This document shows, piece by piece, positions 1-9,428 of a stretch of 64,000 nt of DNA. Below the pieces are notes generated by a model. It was not told the DNA's origin, ran no database searches, and saw only the letters and a program-made list of their open reading frames with translations. The position numbers and the translations under genes were made by a program. Origin of the DNA: Candidatus Bathyarchaeota archaeon (GTDB lineage: Archaea > Thermoproteota > Bathyarchaeia > Bathyarchaeales > Bathycorpusculaceae); contig CAWDYC010000003.1 in the NCBI GenBank assembly GCA_963806535.1, forward strand, positions 224,001 through 288,000, written 5' to 3'. Positions within the stretch are counted from its first letter, which is position 1, and every line of letters begins with the position of its first letter.

Positions 1-170
1 CGCTGCTTGATTCTATTTGCTTTCCTTTGAGTTATTGAAATTATCCAACGTAAAGTAAATAGCACGCTATAGTTGTCATTTGATTGATTCAATCGCTTTA
101 TTTCATTTTACGATGTTTTGAATATGTTATACATGTCTCCTTGAGAAAATTAGAATTCAGGTGGTTTAAG

Positions 171-812
171 TTAGAACATAGAGGCTGTTCTCTTTGCTTG
201 TTCGCGTTTAGTATAAGCTATAAGTGATATTATAACTCCATCATTTAGGAGTAACACTCCTAATGTTAGAAATAGAGAATTTGCGCTTTTGGAGTAAACG
301 CTAATTGTTACTCTATATGTCCCCATTTCAGAAAGGTGCGCTAATTTTGAAGCTGTGCCATCGCTAACATTAAATGTTGAGATAGCGCCAAATCGGATGG
401 CGTAAGTATCAAAATTACTAAGACCTGTGTCTTGGCCTACAATCGCAGAATAAATTGGAAACTCCTCAGTATTATAAGTTAAGGAAGGAGGATCTTCTAA
501 GCTTCCATTTTGGTATACGAAATTCAAGTCATAATACTGAATAAAGACGGTGGGCCAATTTCCGCTGTTGTTACTTGTGAGCTCAGTGGTAATCACTATT
601 TTATCCAAAAATTGCGCATGTATAAATTCGGTGAGGGAGTTCATCACGTAGGTTTGATTTTTGTATGTCTGGAAGGGAAGAGCTAATGAAAATGTAAAAT
701 CAACCGGATATGTCTGTGAAGAAACAAGTCCATACGTTGTTTGATCCATAACTAAAAGTACGCTACCTGCTATTAGCAGGATTAAACCGATTGCCAGACT
801 GATGTGTTTCAT
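171..812 (-). CDS. Hypothetical membrane-anchored protein (N-terminal signal/TM, C-terminal TM)
   Basis: 213-aa ORF; hydrophobic N-terminus (ISLAIGLILLIAGSVLLV), S/T/N-rich middle, hydrophobic C-terminus. Confidence 0.7.
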   Translation of the reverse strand: MKHISLAIGLILLIAGSVLLVMDQTTYGLVSSQTYPVDFTFSLALPFQTYKNQTYVMNSLTEFIHAQFLDKIVITTELTSNNSGNWPTVFIQYYDLNFVYQNGSLEDPPSLTYNTEEFPIYSAIVGQDTGLSNFDTYAIRFGAISTFNVSDGTASKLAHLSEMGTYRVTISVYSKSANSLFLTLGVLLLNDGVIISLIAYTKREQAKRTASMF

Positions 813-1032
813 TGGTTGCCAATCCCTTTTCTTGAAGTGAAGCTTAGCATAAAATAAATTGATTACTTTCTAGGTTTAACCATATAAAGTCTGTCTACTT
901 AAACTATAAAGGCCAAAGGCAAGCCATCGGAAATGTTTTAAGCAGTTCGACAACATAACGTGAAGCGACTGTAAGGAAGCTTAAGTGTTAGACTTGATTA
1001 GACAGGGGAAGAGGGCACCAATTTTGCTAGTG

Positions 1033-1077
1033 ATTTTGGAAAACCCTAAATTGTAGGGGAGGGTAGCTAGTTTTTAG
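1033..1077 (+). repeat. Degenerate direct repeat copy 1 (ATTTTG-N15-TAGGGGAGGGTAGCTAGTTTTTAG)
   Basis: 1054-1077 matches 1444-1467 at 19/24 positions; ATTTTG starts 21 nt upstream in both copies. Confidence 0.5.
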
Positions 1078-1152
1078 CTAGTAAAAATATGTCAAAACAG
1101 TAGACGTGGAGAGGCTAAACGTAAATACAAATCAAGATTAAATAATGAAATC

Positions 1153-1446
1153 ATGAATAAGAGAACTTTGATTGCTGGGTTCATCGTCCTTTTGATCGGT
1201 ATAGTACTTAATTTAGGGGCTGAACAAATCATGTCTTCTTATCCGAACGGAAAATCACTCTCATCAAGTGCATCAGGGAGTTTTGCAATTGCGTCATTAA
1301 TAATCGGTTCTTTACTGGCAGTTTCAGGAATCATTCTGCTTATATATGGTGCAATCTCACCAGAACCACCAATTCACTACAACAATAATCTTAGAGTAAT
1401 TCACTTTACAAACTATGCATGCATTTTGAGGGTGGTTAGTTACTAG
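1153..1446 (+). CDS. Small two-TM hypothetical membrane protein
   Basis: 97-aa ORF with two hydrophobic helices; C-terminus runs into the repeat and may be spurious. Confidence 0.6.
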   Translation: MNKRTLIAGFIVLLIGIVLNLGAEQIMSSYPNGKSLSSSASGSFAIASLIIGSLLAVSGIILLIYGAISPEPPIHYNNNLRVIHFTNYACILRVVSY

Positions 1447-1467
1447 GGTAGGGGGTCTACTTTTTAG
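1423..1467 (+). repeat. Degenerate direct repeat copy 2 (ATTTTG-N15-TAGGGTAGGGGGTCTACTTTTTAG)
   Basis: Matches the copy at 1033-1077. Confidence 0.5.
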
Positions 1468-1506
1468 GGGTTGAATGTAAGTTAAAAAAACAAGAGCAGA
1501 ATAGCG

Positions 1507-1631
1507 TTATGGCTTTTTGCTTTTTTCATGAAAGCTTCCATTGCGTTGTAGGCTTCTTCCAGCTCATTTATTGGCGGTAGGAAGACTATTCTTGCGTGCC
1601 CTTTGCCGTAGACGGGGGTCAAATCCTAAGC
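1507..1631 (-). pseudogene. Detached, diverged copy of the 3' end of the aminotransferase gene at 3280-4491
   Basis: Translates (one indel) to GFDP/VYGKGHARIVFLPPINELEEAYNAMEAFMKK versus GFDPVYGKGHARAVFLPPIPELEEAFNGLEGFMKK in the intact gene; no 5' part present. Confidence 0.85.
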
Positions 1632-1779
1632 GCAATCAGGCTGCAAATTAACTCCACTTTTCCAACACGGGTCTTTAAAAAATATTTTTGAGAAATCCAC
1701 TGCTGACTAGTCAATTTAAGAGTTTCCTATAGATAAATACGTTAACATAAAACATCACTATCTAGAAAGAGAGATAAAG

Positions 1780-2047
1780 ATGAGCGCCAAGAATGAGAAG
1801 GAAAAGTCAATCGCTCTTTCTCCTCACGCTAAAGAAAAACTGAAGAGGTTATTCTAATGGAGTCACCGTAGACAAAGCCATTAAAACAATTAAACAACCT
1901 GAGAGTCTAATCTCAGGATATTTTGGCAGAAAAATTGCTCAATCTGCGCTAACTGATAAGCTTTTGCTTAGAGTTATCTACGAAGAAACGGATAATAACA
2001 TCTTGGTGGTAACGTTGTATCCAGCTAAGAGGCAGCGATATGAATAA
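1780..2047 (+). CDS. DUF4258-like putative toxin (RelE-like), frameshifted near 1855
   Basis: Joined frames give MSAKNEKEKSIALSPHAKEKLKRL/GVTVDKAIKTIKQPESLISGYFGRKIAQ...LRVIYEETDNNILVVTLYP; SPHA and RVIY...VVTLYP motifs; overlaps the next gene. Confidence 0.65.
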
Positions 2048-2264
2048 GATAACTTATGACGGAGTAGGCGATACACTAAGCATAGTCTTAAGCAAGAAAC
2101 AAATAGCGTATGCAGAGGAACATGGAGTAGTCATAGTTAACTTTGACGATAAGGGAAAACCAGCGGAAATTGAAATTCTAAATGCAAGCAAATTTATAGG
2201 TGACCTTGTATCGACAATAATCAAAGCGAAAACTGGCGAAAAACAGATAGAAATCAATGCTTAA
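2040..2264 (+). CDS. DUF2283 family protein (putative antitoxin partner)
   Basis: ITYD..DTLSI...VIVNFDDKGKPAEIEILNASK pattern. Confidence 0.75.
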   Translation: MNKITYDGVGDTLSIVLSKKQIAYAEEHGVVIVNFDDKGKPAEIEILNASKFIGDLVSTIIKAKTGEKQIEINA

Positions 2265-2269
2265 TTAAC

Positions 2270-2524
2270 TTCGGTCAAGTGCACTTTCTTGAAACATCGT
2301 GTTACCTTGTTGAGGCAATAAGACTGCTGAATAGTTGCTGATAGGTCAAGCAAAATTCTCGTCTGCATCTTGCTTATTGATTAACAATTCATGGAGCGGC
2401 AGTTCGTTTTGGTCTGCAGTGAAAACTTGCTCCTCTGCCTTGCTCAATAGAGGCAGAAAGATGCCCATCAACAAAATAAACAATATTGCAGATGCAAACG
2501 CGGCTTAGAGTTTCAAGGTTTCAT
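2270..2524 (-). pseudogene. Remnant of the 5' end of a secreted-protein gene
   Basis: Signal-peptide-like AAFASAILFILLMGIFLPLLSKAEEQ interrupted by stops. Confidence 0.3.
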
Positions 2525-2641
2525 CCTGCTGGATGGGCAGTATGACGGGATTTGTGTTATAACATTTGTCACCATAGAAACCGTAGGTGCGATAGAGCAA
2601 TAGAGCACACAAGCAGAAAGCGCCTGACTTCGTACTTTCAG

Positions 2642-3142
2642 TTAGGTAGAGTTAGCTCTGAGCGGTTGCCCTTTTGGTCTTTTAAGGTGAAAGTATTCTT
2701 TCACTCTTGCTATTTGAAAATAAATCAGACATACTGAACTGTAAATTATGGGAACAAGGCAAATCTTGATTAAATATTTAGGAGTGGGAGCCCCAATAAA
2801 AAAAGGGTCACCAGCAAAGATTACTGGAACATATGATAACAGAATGAAAAGCCAAAAACCAATTACACAATACCAATTTCCCTTTTTAGGTTGATTTAAG
2901 GCCACAAAGATAAGAAAGGAAAAGAAAGCAGTAACAAACAGAAGGAGCGAAAGATTTGTTGCTGCCACGGATACATGAAATTGTGAGTCTCCAGCACCGC
3001 CAGCACCCAAAAGGCCAAAAAAGAGTACTGAATAGAACCCAAATCCCAATGAAAATAGCAAAGTTGCATACCTAATTATCGTTACTCCGACTGGTTTTGA
3101 GTCATTAGCAGGCTTTCCAGGGGTCTCATTCAACTCGGGCAT
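2642..3142 (-). CDS. Hypothetical four-TM membrane protein
   Basis: 166-aa ORF with four hydrophobic segments. Confidence 0.7.
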   Translation of the reverse strand: MPELNETPGKPANDSKPVGVTIIRYATLLFSLGFGFYSVLFFGLLGAGGAGDSQFHVSVAATNLSLLLFVTAFFSFLIFVALNQPKKGNWYCVIGFWLFILLSYVPVIFAGDPFFIGAPTPKYLIKICLVPIIYSSVCLIYFQIARVKEYFHLKRPKGQPLRANST

Positions 3143-3279
3143 CTTGTTTGATCCTGTCTTTTTCGGTGGTATCTAGATACAGTATTTGTACTATCGGGGG
3201 TTTTCCAATATAAAATCAACCTGTGTAGATTACGCAAGCTTTAGGCTATCAAGAACTACAAGTTGCAAAAGATTTCAAT

Positions 3280-4491
3280 CTAATTTTTGCTTTTGCGTTT
3301 CTTCATGAATCCTTCTAAGCCGTTGAAAGCTTCTTCCAACTCTGGAATAGGTGGCAGGAATACTGCTCTGGCATGTCCTTTGCCGTAAACTGGGTCGAAA
3401 CCTGAGCCATTAACGATAAGCACGCCTGTTTCTTTAAGCAGATCAACTACGAATTCCATATCAGTTTTCCATATTTTGCCTACATCATGGATTTTTGGGA
3501 AGATATAAAATGCGCCTTCAGGTTTTGTTGTGCTTATGCCTTCAATCTCGTTGAGGCGTTTGCATGAGTAGTCTCTTCTTTGTCGTAGTTTTTCGACGAC
3601 ACCTTTGATGTGGTCTTGTGGTCCGTTGAGGGCTGCGGCGCCGGCTTTCTGCACGGGTGTGTTAGCGCATAGGCGGATGCGGCATTCTTTTTCGATTCCC
3701 TGCCTAAGGTCATCTAGTTCTCCTTTTTCGCTTTTGAAATATAAGTATCCTAATCGTAGCCCCGTCATTTGGTAAGCCTTTGAGAAGCCATTGAATCCTA
3801 GAACAGGTACGTCTTTTGCTATGCTAGCGGTGCTGACAAAATTGTCTGAATAAGTTATTTGATCATATATTTCATCCGACAAAACAAGCAGCTTATGTTC
3901 TGCTGCGACATCCAACATTTCCTTGATCATTTTTCTTCCATAAACGGCGCCGGTCGGATTATTTGGGTTAATGATTACGAGCGCTCGGGTTTTCTTGGAA
4001 ATTTTCTTCCTCAAATCGTCTACATTTGGTTGCCAGCATTCGGATTCTAAAGTTTCGTAGGCGACTGGGGTGCCATCAAAGAATTTTGTGTATGAAATAT
4101 AAGGGGGATATGTTGGTCCTGGGAAGAGGATTTCGTCGCCTTTCTCGACGATGGCGGCAAGTGACATCTGTATGCCTTCAGAGATGCCTTCGGTGATTAG
4201 GACGTCTTCGGCGGTTATGTTAACATTGTTAACTCGTTTTTCTTTTTTGGCAACGGCTTCTCGAAGTTCCAGAATTCCTTCTGAAGGGGAGTAGTAATTG
4301 TTGTCTTCTTGCAGAGCTTTACAAAGTGCTGCTTTGACATGTGGTGGTACCGTTAAGTCGAAAGCTGCGGGGTCGCCGATGTTTAGGTAATAGATTTTTT
4401 TGCCATCTTTGGTAAGTTGTTTGGTATGGACTATTACATCTCGTATTGCATATTCAATGTTCGAGGCTCTGCTGGTGACTTTGAAGACCAA
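3280..4491 (-). CDS. Class I/II PLP-dependent aminotransferase (alanine aminotransferase-like)
   Basis: LNIGDP, INPNNPTGA, SDEIY and NGFSKAYQMTGLRLGY motifs. Confidence 0.92.
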   Translation of the reverse strand: MVFKVTSRASNIEYAIRDVIVHTKQLTKDGKKIYYLNIGDPAAFDLTVPPHVKAALCKALQEDNNYYSPSEGILELREAVAKKEKRVNNVNITAEDVLITEGISEGIQMSLAAIVEKGDEILFPGPTYPPYISYTKFFDGTPVAYETLESECWQPNVDDLRKKISKKTRALVIINPNNPTGAVYGRKMIKEMLDVAAEHKLLVLSDEIYDQITYSDNFVSTASIAKDVPVLGFNGFSKAYQMTGLRLGYLYFKSEKGELDDLRQGIEKECRIRLCANTPVQKAGAAALNGPQDHIKGVVEKLRQRRDYSCKRLNEIEGISTTKPEGAFYIFPKIHDVGKIWKTDMEFVVDLLKETGVLIVNGSGFDPVYGKGHARAVFLPPIPELEEAFNGLEGFMKKRKSKN

Positions 4492-4645
4492 GTTTTGTTA
4501 CCTGTAACCCAAACACTTGCTAATGGAAAAAATAAATGTTCCTAAGATAAAAGAGCAGGAAATGACAGGGTTGTGCTTCTGGCTGAAAGAAAAAATTAGT
4601 CGCAACCACATTTTTATTTTTGATTCCCTTTGAATTGACTTAGTT

Positions 4646-6478
4646 TTGGTGAACAACGTGTTTGGCTGGACCGGCAATTTTCTTAGAATAAATTTAAGTA
4701 AAAATCAAGCTGTTGCAGAGGAATACAAGCAAGATTTGGCCTTAAAATTTCTTGGCGGCAGAGGCTTCGCAATCAAAATCCTCTGGGACACCCTAAAACA
4801 GGGAACTGACCCTCTTTCACCTGAAAATAAACTGATCTTTGCAACTGGACCTTTAACCGCGATCGGTTTACCTAACAGCGGAAAACTTGTTGTTGCATCT
4901 AAAAGCCCCTTAACCGGCGGCTACGGCGATGGAAACATTGGAACATTGGCAGCCGTGCAAATGCGCAAGGCCGGTTACGATGCGTTGATAGTGGAAGGAA
5001 AGGCTGAGAGACCAGTAATAGTCAATATTGAAGATAAATCGTGTGAATTTGTAGATGCGAAGGATTTTTGGGGTTTAAACGCTTTTGAATTAGAAAAGCA
5101 ACTTAGGAAACAATTTCCTAGGACCACGGGCATTCTTTCGATTGGCCCGGCGGGAGAGAACCAAGTCAAATTTGCAAATGTTGTCTCTCAAGAGGGACGT
5201 GCAGGCGGAAGACCTGGAATGGGCGCAGTCATGGGCTCAAAAAACTTGAAAGCCATAGTTATTGAAGCCACAGGGCAAATACCACTTGCAGACCCAGAAG
5301 AGATGCAAAAGCTCGCTGCTGAAGGTTACCGAGAAGTACTCACAAAACCTCTCTACCAATTTTGGAAACGACAGGGAACAATGTCAACAGTAGAGTGGTC
5401 TCAGGAAAACAGTGCATTACCCACCTTCAACTATAGACAAGCCGTTTTCGACAAAGCTGAAGGAATTGGAGGGTTTTCCATGGAAAAAATTAAGGTATCA
5501 AACCGCGGCTGTCCTCAATGCAACATGACCTGCGGCAACGTTGTTAAAGACAGTGAAGGAAAAGATTCAGAGCTAGATTACGAGAACGTTGTGATGCTTG
5601 GCTCAAACATTGGATTTGGAGACCTCGCCAAAGTAGCTACTTTGAACCGCATGGCCGATGAGTTTGGGTTTGACGCTATTTCACTTGGAAACGTACTTGG
5701 TTTCGCAATGGAAGCCTCCGAGAAAGGACTGATTGCAGAGAAGATTGGGTGGGGAAAGTTTGAAGAGACTAAAGCAATGATTAACGATATTGCTTATAGG
5801 CGTGGTTTTGGTGCAGTTTTAGCTGAAGGTGTACAGGCTGCATCAAAAATCATTGGGCAAGGCTCAAGCGATTGGGCAATGCACATTAAAGGTTTAGAGG
5901 TTTCAGCTTATGATTGTCATGCGGCTCCCTCTATGGCTTTAGCTTATGGCACCAGCTCGATTGGCGCTCATCACAAAGACGCTTGGGTTATAACGTGGGA
6001 AATTATGGCTGGCAGAGAAAGTTATGACCCGGCAAAGATTGACCACCTCATTGAAACACAGCTTATCCGAGGCGGACTCTTTGAAGCATTAGTTGTCTGC
6101 CGATTCCCTTACAACTCGCTCGGCTTCGAGCTTGAATGGTACCAAAAATATTTGAAAGCAGCAACTGGAGTAGATTTCTCATTGCATAAGCTGAACGAGA
6201 TTAGCGATAGAATACTCAATTTGATAAGGGCTTTTTGGGTGAGGGAGTACAAGGAAAAATGGAGCCGAGATTTGGACGTCCCGCCGTTGAGATGGTTTAA
6301 AGACCCCTTAACTCAAGGCACATTAAAGGGCGCTATGCTTGATATTGAGAAATACAATGAAATGCTGACTGCTTATTATCAAAAAAGGGGTTGGAACGTG
6401 CAGGGAGTGCCTATGCCTTCTACTTTGCAAGGGCTAGGTTTAGTTCAAGAGGCCAAGGAACTTGAGGCTTACTTGTAA
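4646..6478 (+). CDS. aor: Tungsten aldehyde:ferredoxin oxidoreductase family protein
   Basis: FLGGRG, KSPLTGG, GRAGGRPGMGAVMGSKNLKA, CPQCNMTC, YYQKRGW motifs. Confidence 0.92.
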   Translation: MVNNVFGWTGNFLRINLSKNQAVAEEYKQDLALKFLGGRGFAIKILWDTLKQGTDPLSPENKLIFATGPLTAIGLPNSGKLVVASKSPLTGGYGDGNIGTLAAVQMRKAGYDALIVEGKAERPVIVNIEDKSCEFVDAKDFWGLNAFELEKQLRKQFPRTTGILSIGPAGENQVKFANVVSQEGRAGGRPGMGAVMGSKNLKAIVIEATGQIPLADPEEMQKLAAEGYREVLTKPLYQFWKRQGTMSTVEWSQENSALPTFNYRQAVFDKAEGIGGFSMEKIKVSNRGCPQCNMTCGNVVKDSEGKDSELDYENVVMLGSNIGFGDLAKVATLNRMADEFGFDAISLGNVLGFAMEASEKGLIAEKIGWGKFEETKAMINDIAYRRGFGAVLAEGVQAASKIIGQGSSDWAMHIKGLEVSAYDCHAAPSMALAYGTSSIGAHHKDAWVITWEIMAGRESYDPAKIDHLIETQLIRGGLFEALVVCRFPYNSLGFELEWYQKYLKAATGVDFSLHKLNEISDRILNLIRAFWVREYKEKWSRDLDVPPLRWFKDPLTQGTLKGAMLDIEKYNEMLTAYYQKRGWNVQGVPMPSTLQGLGLVQEAKELEAYL

Positions 6479-6503
6479 TTAGAAAAAGAAAAGTAGCCTC
6501 TTG

Positions 6504-7947
6504 TCAATACGACCTTGCGAAATAAACCATTTCTTTAGCAGTTTTTCCGCAGTAAACGCAGTTGGTTGTTGGCTCTTCTTTCTCGAAAGGTCGAACTCTG
6601 ATGGTTGCGCCTGTTTCTTCTTTAATTTTTGCTTCATCGTCTGCGCTACCGCACCATGCTGCCTTGACGAAGCCGCCTTTGTCGCAGAGGACTGATTTGA
6701 ATTCCTCATAGTTTTGGACAATTGTGGTTTTTTCCTGCATCAGAGCTTTGGCTTTTGCGAAGAGGTTATCCTGAATTTCAACAAGAAGTTTCTCGAGTGT
6801 GGCGGGGATGTCTGCTTCTTTAACGGGAGTTTTTTGACCAATATCACGCCTTACCATAACTACTTGTCCTTGCTTTAGGTCTCTTGGGCCAAGTTCGATT
6901 CTGACTGGAATGCCTTTTAGTTCCCACTGGTGGAATTTCCAGCCTGGAGTATACTCTTCTCTGTCATCTAAAATTACGCTGTAGCCTTTTGCTTTGAGGC
7001 TTTCAGCGATTTCTTTAGTTTTAGCTGCTATTGCGGCTTGTTCTGCGCTTTTGAATTGAATTGGAACAATAACAACTTGGAAAGGCGCAACTTTAGGCGG
7101 CATGATTAAGCCTTTGTCGTCGCCGTGAACCATAATCATAGCGCCGATGAGCCTTGTTGTGATGCCCCAGCTGGTCTGCCAAACGTAATGGTCTATGTTT
7201 GTCTTCGCCGATGTATTTTATGTCAAAGACTTTTGCGAAATGCTGTCCTAAATTGTGGCTGGTTCCCATTTGCAAAGCTTTTCCATCAGGCATCATTGAT
7301 TCTAACGCAGTTGTATAGAGTGCACCCGCAAATTTTTCGCTCTCGCTTTTAGTGCCAGTGAGTACTGGGATTGCAAGGTAATTTTCAATTATGTCCTTAT
7401 ACTCGCCGAGCGCATACATGACTTCGGCTTCCGCTTGCTCACTTGTAGCGTGCGCGGTGTGGCCTTCTTGCCAAAGAAATTCTCTTGTTCGCAAAAACAG
7501 TTTTGTGGCTTTTGTTTCCCACCTTACTATGTTGCACCATTGGTTAATCTTAATGGGCAAGTCACGCCAGCTTCGAACCCACTTGTTAAACGTATCATAC
7601 ATTATGGTTTCGCTTGTTGGTCGAACGGCCAGTTTCTCTTCAAGCGGTGTGTCACCGCCCTGAGTTATCCATGCAACTTCAGGCGTGAAACCCGCAAAAT
7701 GTTCTGCTTCCTTTTTCAGGAAGGCTTCAGGAATAAACATTGGAAAATACACGTTTCGGTGTCCGGTGGCTTTGATTTTTTGGTTTAGGATTTCTTGGAT
7801 TTTCTCCCAAACTGCGTAAGCGTCTTCGCGAATAATCATGCAGCCTTTAACTGGCGCGTAATCTGCAAGTCCAGCTTTCAGAATAACTTCTACGTACCAT
7901 TCAGAGAAGTCTTCGTTTTTCTTAACAGTAACCCCAGTATCTGACAT
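6504..7947 (-). CDS. proS: Prolyl-tRNA synthetase (archaeal type), split by an indel near 7190
   Basis: FSEWY, RPTSET, FLRTREFLWQEGHT, GTSHNLGQ, HGDDKGL, C-terminal FARSY across two ORFs. Confidence 0.95.
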
Positions 7948-8054
7948 AGCGGATTCTCTTCTTTCCACAACTATACATGCAGAATATAAAACCGTAACGG
8001 GAACAACTGGCTAAAAAGTGTCGAATAAAGCGAGAAAAAAGAAAATGTTTCGCG

Positions 8055-8207
8055 TTATCGTCTGAAGAATTTCTTTTTCGGGAAGTCTTTGCATTCATAG
8101 ATTCTAAGTTGTCTTTGAGGTTCAATGCGGCATCTTTTGCGTGCGTTTTTTCGTCTTATCAGTGGAGCAAGTTGAAAGAAAGGGCATTTGGAACAGAGTG
8201 TGCTCAA
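8055..8207 (-). CDS. Small basic Cys-containing protein (50 aa), not in the ORF track
   Basis: TTG-start MSTLCSKCPFFQLAPLIRRKNARKRCRIEPQRQLRIYECKDFPKKKFFRR, 12 nt downstream of the permease stop. Confidence 0.35.
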   Translation of the reverse strand: MSTLCSKCPFFQLAPLIRRKNARKRCRIEPQRQLRIYECKDFPKKKFFRR

Positions 8208-8219
8208 GGTTTCTCGTTC

Positions 8220-9428
8220 CTACCTTGTCATCATTTTTCGGAATACCGGCAGTGCGATCGCGATCATGACTATGCCGAAGGCGATGAGGACGAGGAGGTC
8301 GGTGGATATTTGAGGTATCCCTGCGCCCAGCACCATGACTTTTCTTAGAGCATCTGAAGCGTATGTTAAGGGCAGTGCTTTGCTTATGTCCTGCATGTAC
8401 CAGGGCATCTGCTGTATGGGGAAGAACACTCCCGACAGGAACATCATTGGGAACATCAGCGTCATCATGAGCATCTGCGCGGTTTCCTGGTCTTTAGTGA
8501 ACGATGTTATTACTATGCCCAAGCCCACGAAGCTGAACACGCCGAGCAGCAGCAGCGCAAACACCAGCAGCAAGCTGCCCTGTACAGCGACTCCGAATAT
8601 TCCGATGGCTAACCCCAAGATTATAAGACCTTGGATTAAGCCTCGGGCCGTCTGCGCTCCAGTCTTACCCAGCAGGATGGAAAGTCTGTTTACTGGTGCA
8701 ACCATCATGCCGTCCATCGTTCCGATTTCCTTCTCCTGCGAGATAGCGACAGGTAAACCTGTCATGACACTCATCATAACGGTCATAGCCATTATGCCCG
8801 GCGCGATGAAGTCAAAGTAGCTCGGGTGACCTGAAATTACACCTTGAGTTTGTACATTAAAGGGCTGTATCACTGCAAGGGGGTTTGTAACTGTTGAATT
8901 CAGTGTTTGAACGTTGTGTATGGCTATCTGTTGACCCATTGCGTTGAATACACCGCTTAATGCGGCTTGAATTGTCGCAGATATCTGGGGGTTTGATTCA
9001 TCGGTGACTATTAAGAGGGTGCTTTGTTGCCCCGTTAGCATGCTTTGGGAGAAGTTGCTGGGTATTACGATGCCGCCTTCAAGGTCTCCACGCTGTACCA
9101 TATCCTTGAGGCTCGCTGTGCTTGACACGTTAGTTATTACGAGCATGTGTGTCTGATCGTTGATTGCTTCCAAGCTCTGGATGAACCCTCCATGAGTCGT
9201 GTTTGACATAAATGCCCCGCTGAAGCCTGAGTCCTCGTTAACTATTCCAACCTGCAAGTTGCTTATGGTACCGTTGGATGGGTAGATGAATCCAACCATA
9301 ACCATCATGAACAATGGCATGACGATTAAGAGCACTAATCCAAGTCGGTTGCGAAATAGTTCAGTTAAGTCTTTTTTAGCAATTCTTAAGCTATGCTGTA
9401 AAATAGTTTGTGCGGTCATGTCTATCAC
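8220..9428 (-). CDS. ABC-2 type exporter permease
   Basis: EKEIGT, FLSGVFFP, LPLTYA motifs; six TMs plus extracellular loop. Confidence 0.92.
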   Translation of the reverse strand: MIDMTAQTILQHSLRIAKKDLTELFRNRLGLVLLIVMPLFMMVMVGFIYPSNGTISNLQVGIVNEDSGFSGAFMSNTTHGGFIQSLEAINDQTHMLVITNVSSTASLKDMVQRGDLEGGIVIPSNFSQSMLTGQQSTLLIVTDESNPQISATIQAALSGVFNAMGQQIAIHNVQTLNSTVTNPLAVIQPFNVQTQGVISGHPSYFDFIAPGIMAMTVMMSVMTGLPVAISQEKEIGTMDGMMVAPVNRLSILLGKTGAQTARGLIQGLIILGLAIGIFGVAVQGSLLLVFALLLLGVFSFVGLGIVITSFTKDQETAQMLMMTLMFPMMFLSGVFFPIQQMPWYMQDISKALPLTYASDALRKVMVLGAGIPQISTDLLVLIAFGIVMIAIALPVFRKMMTR

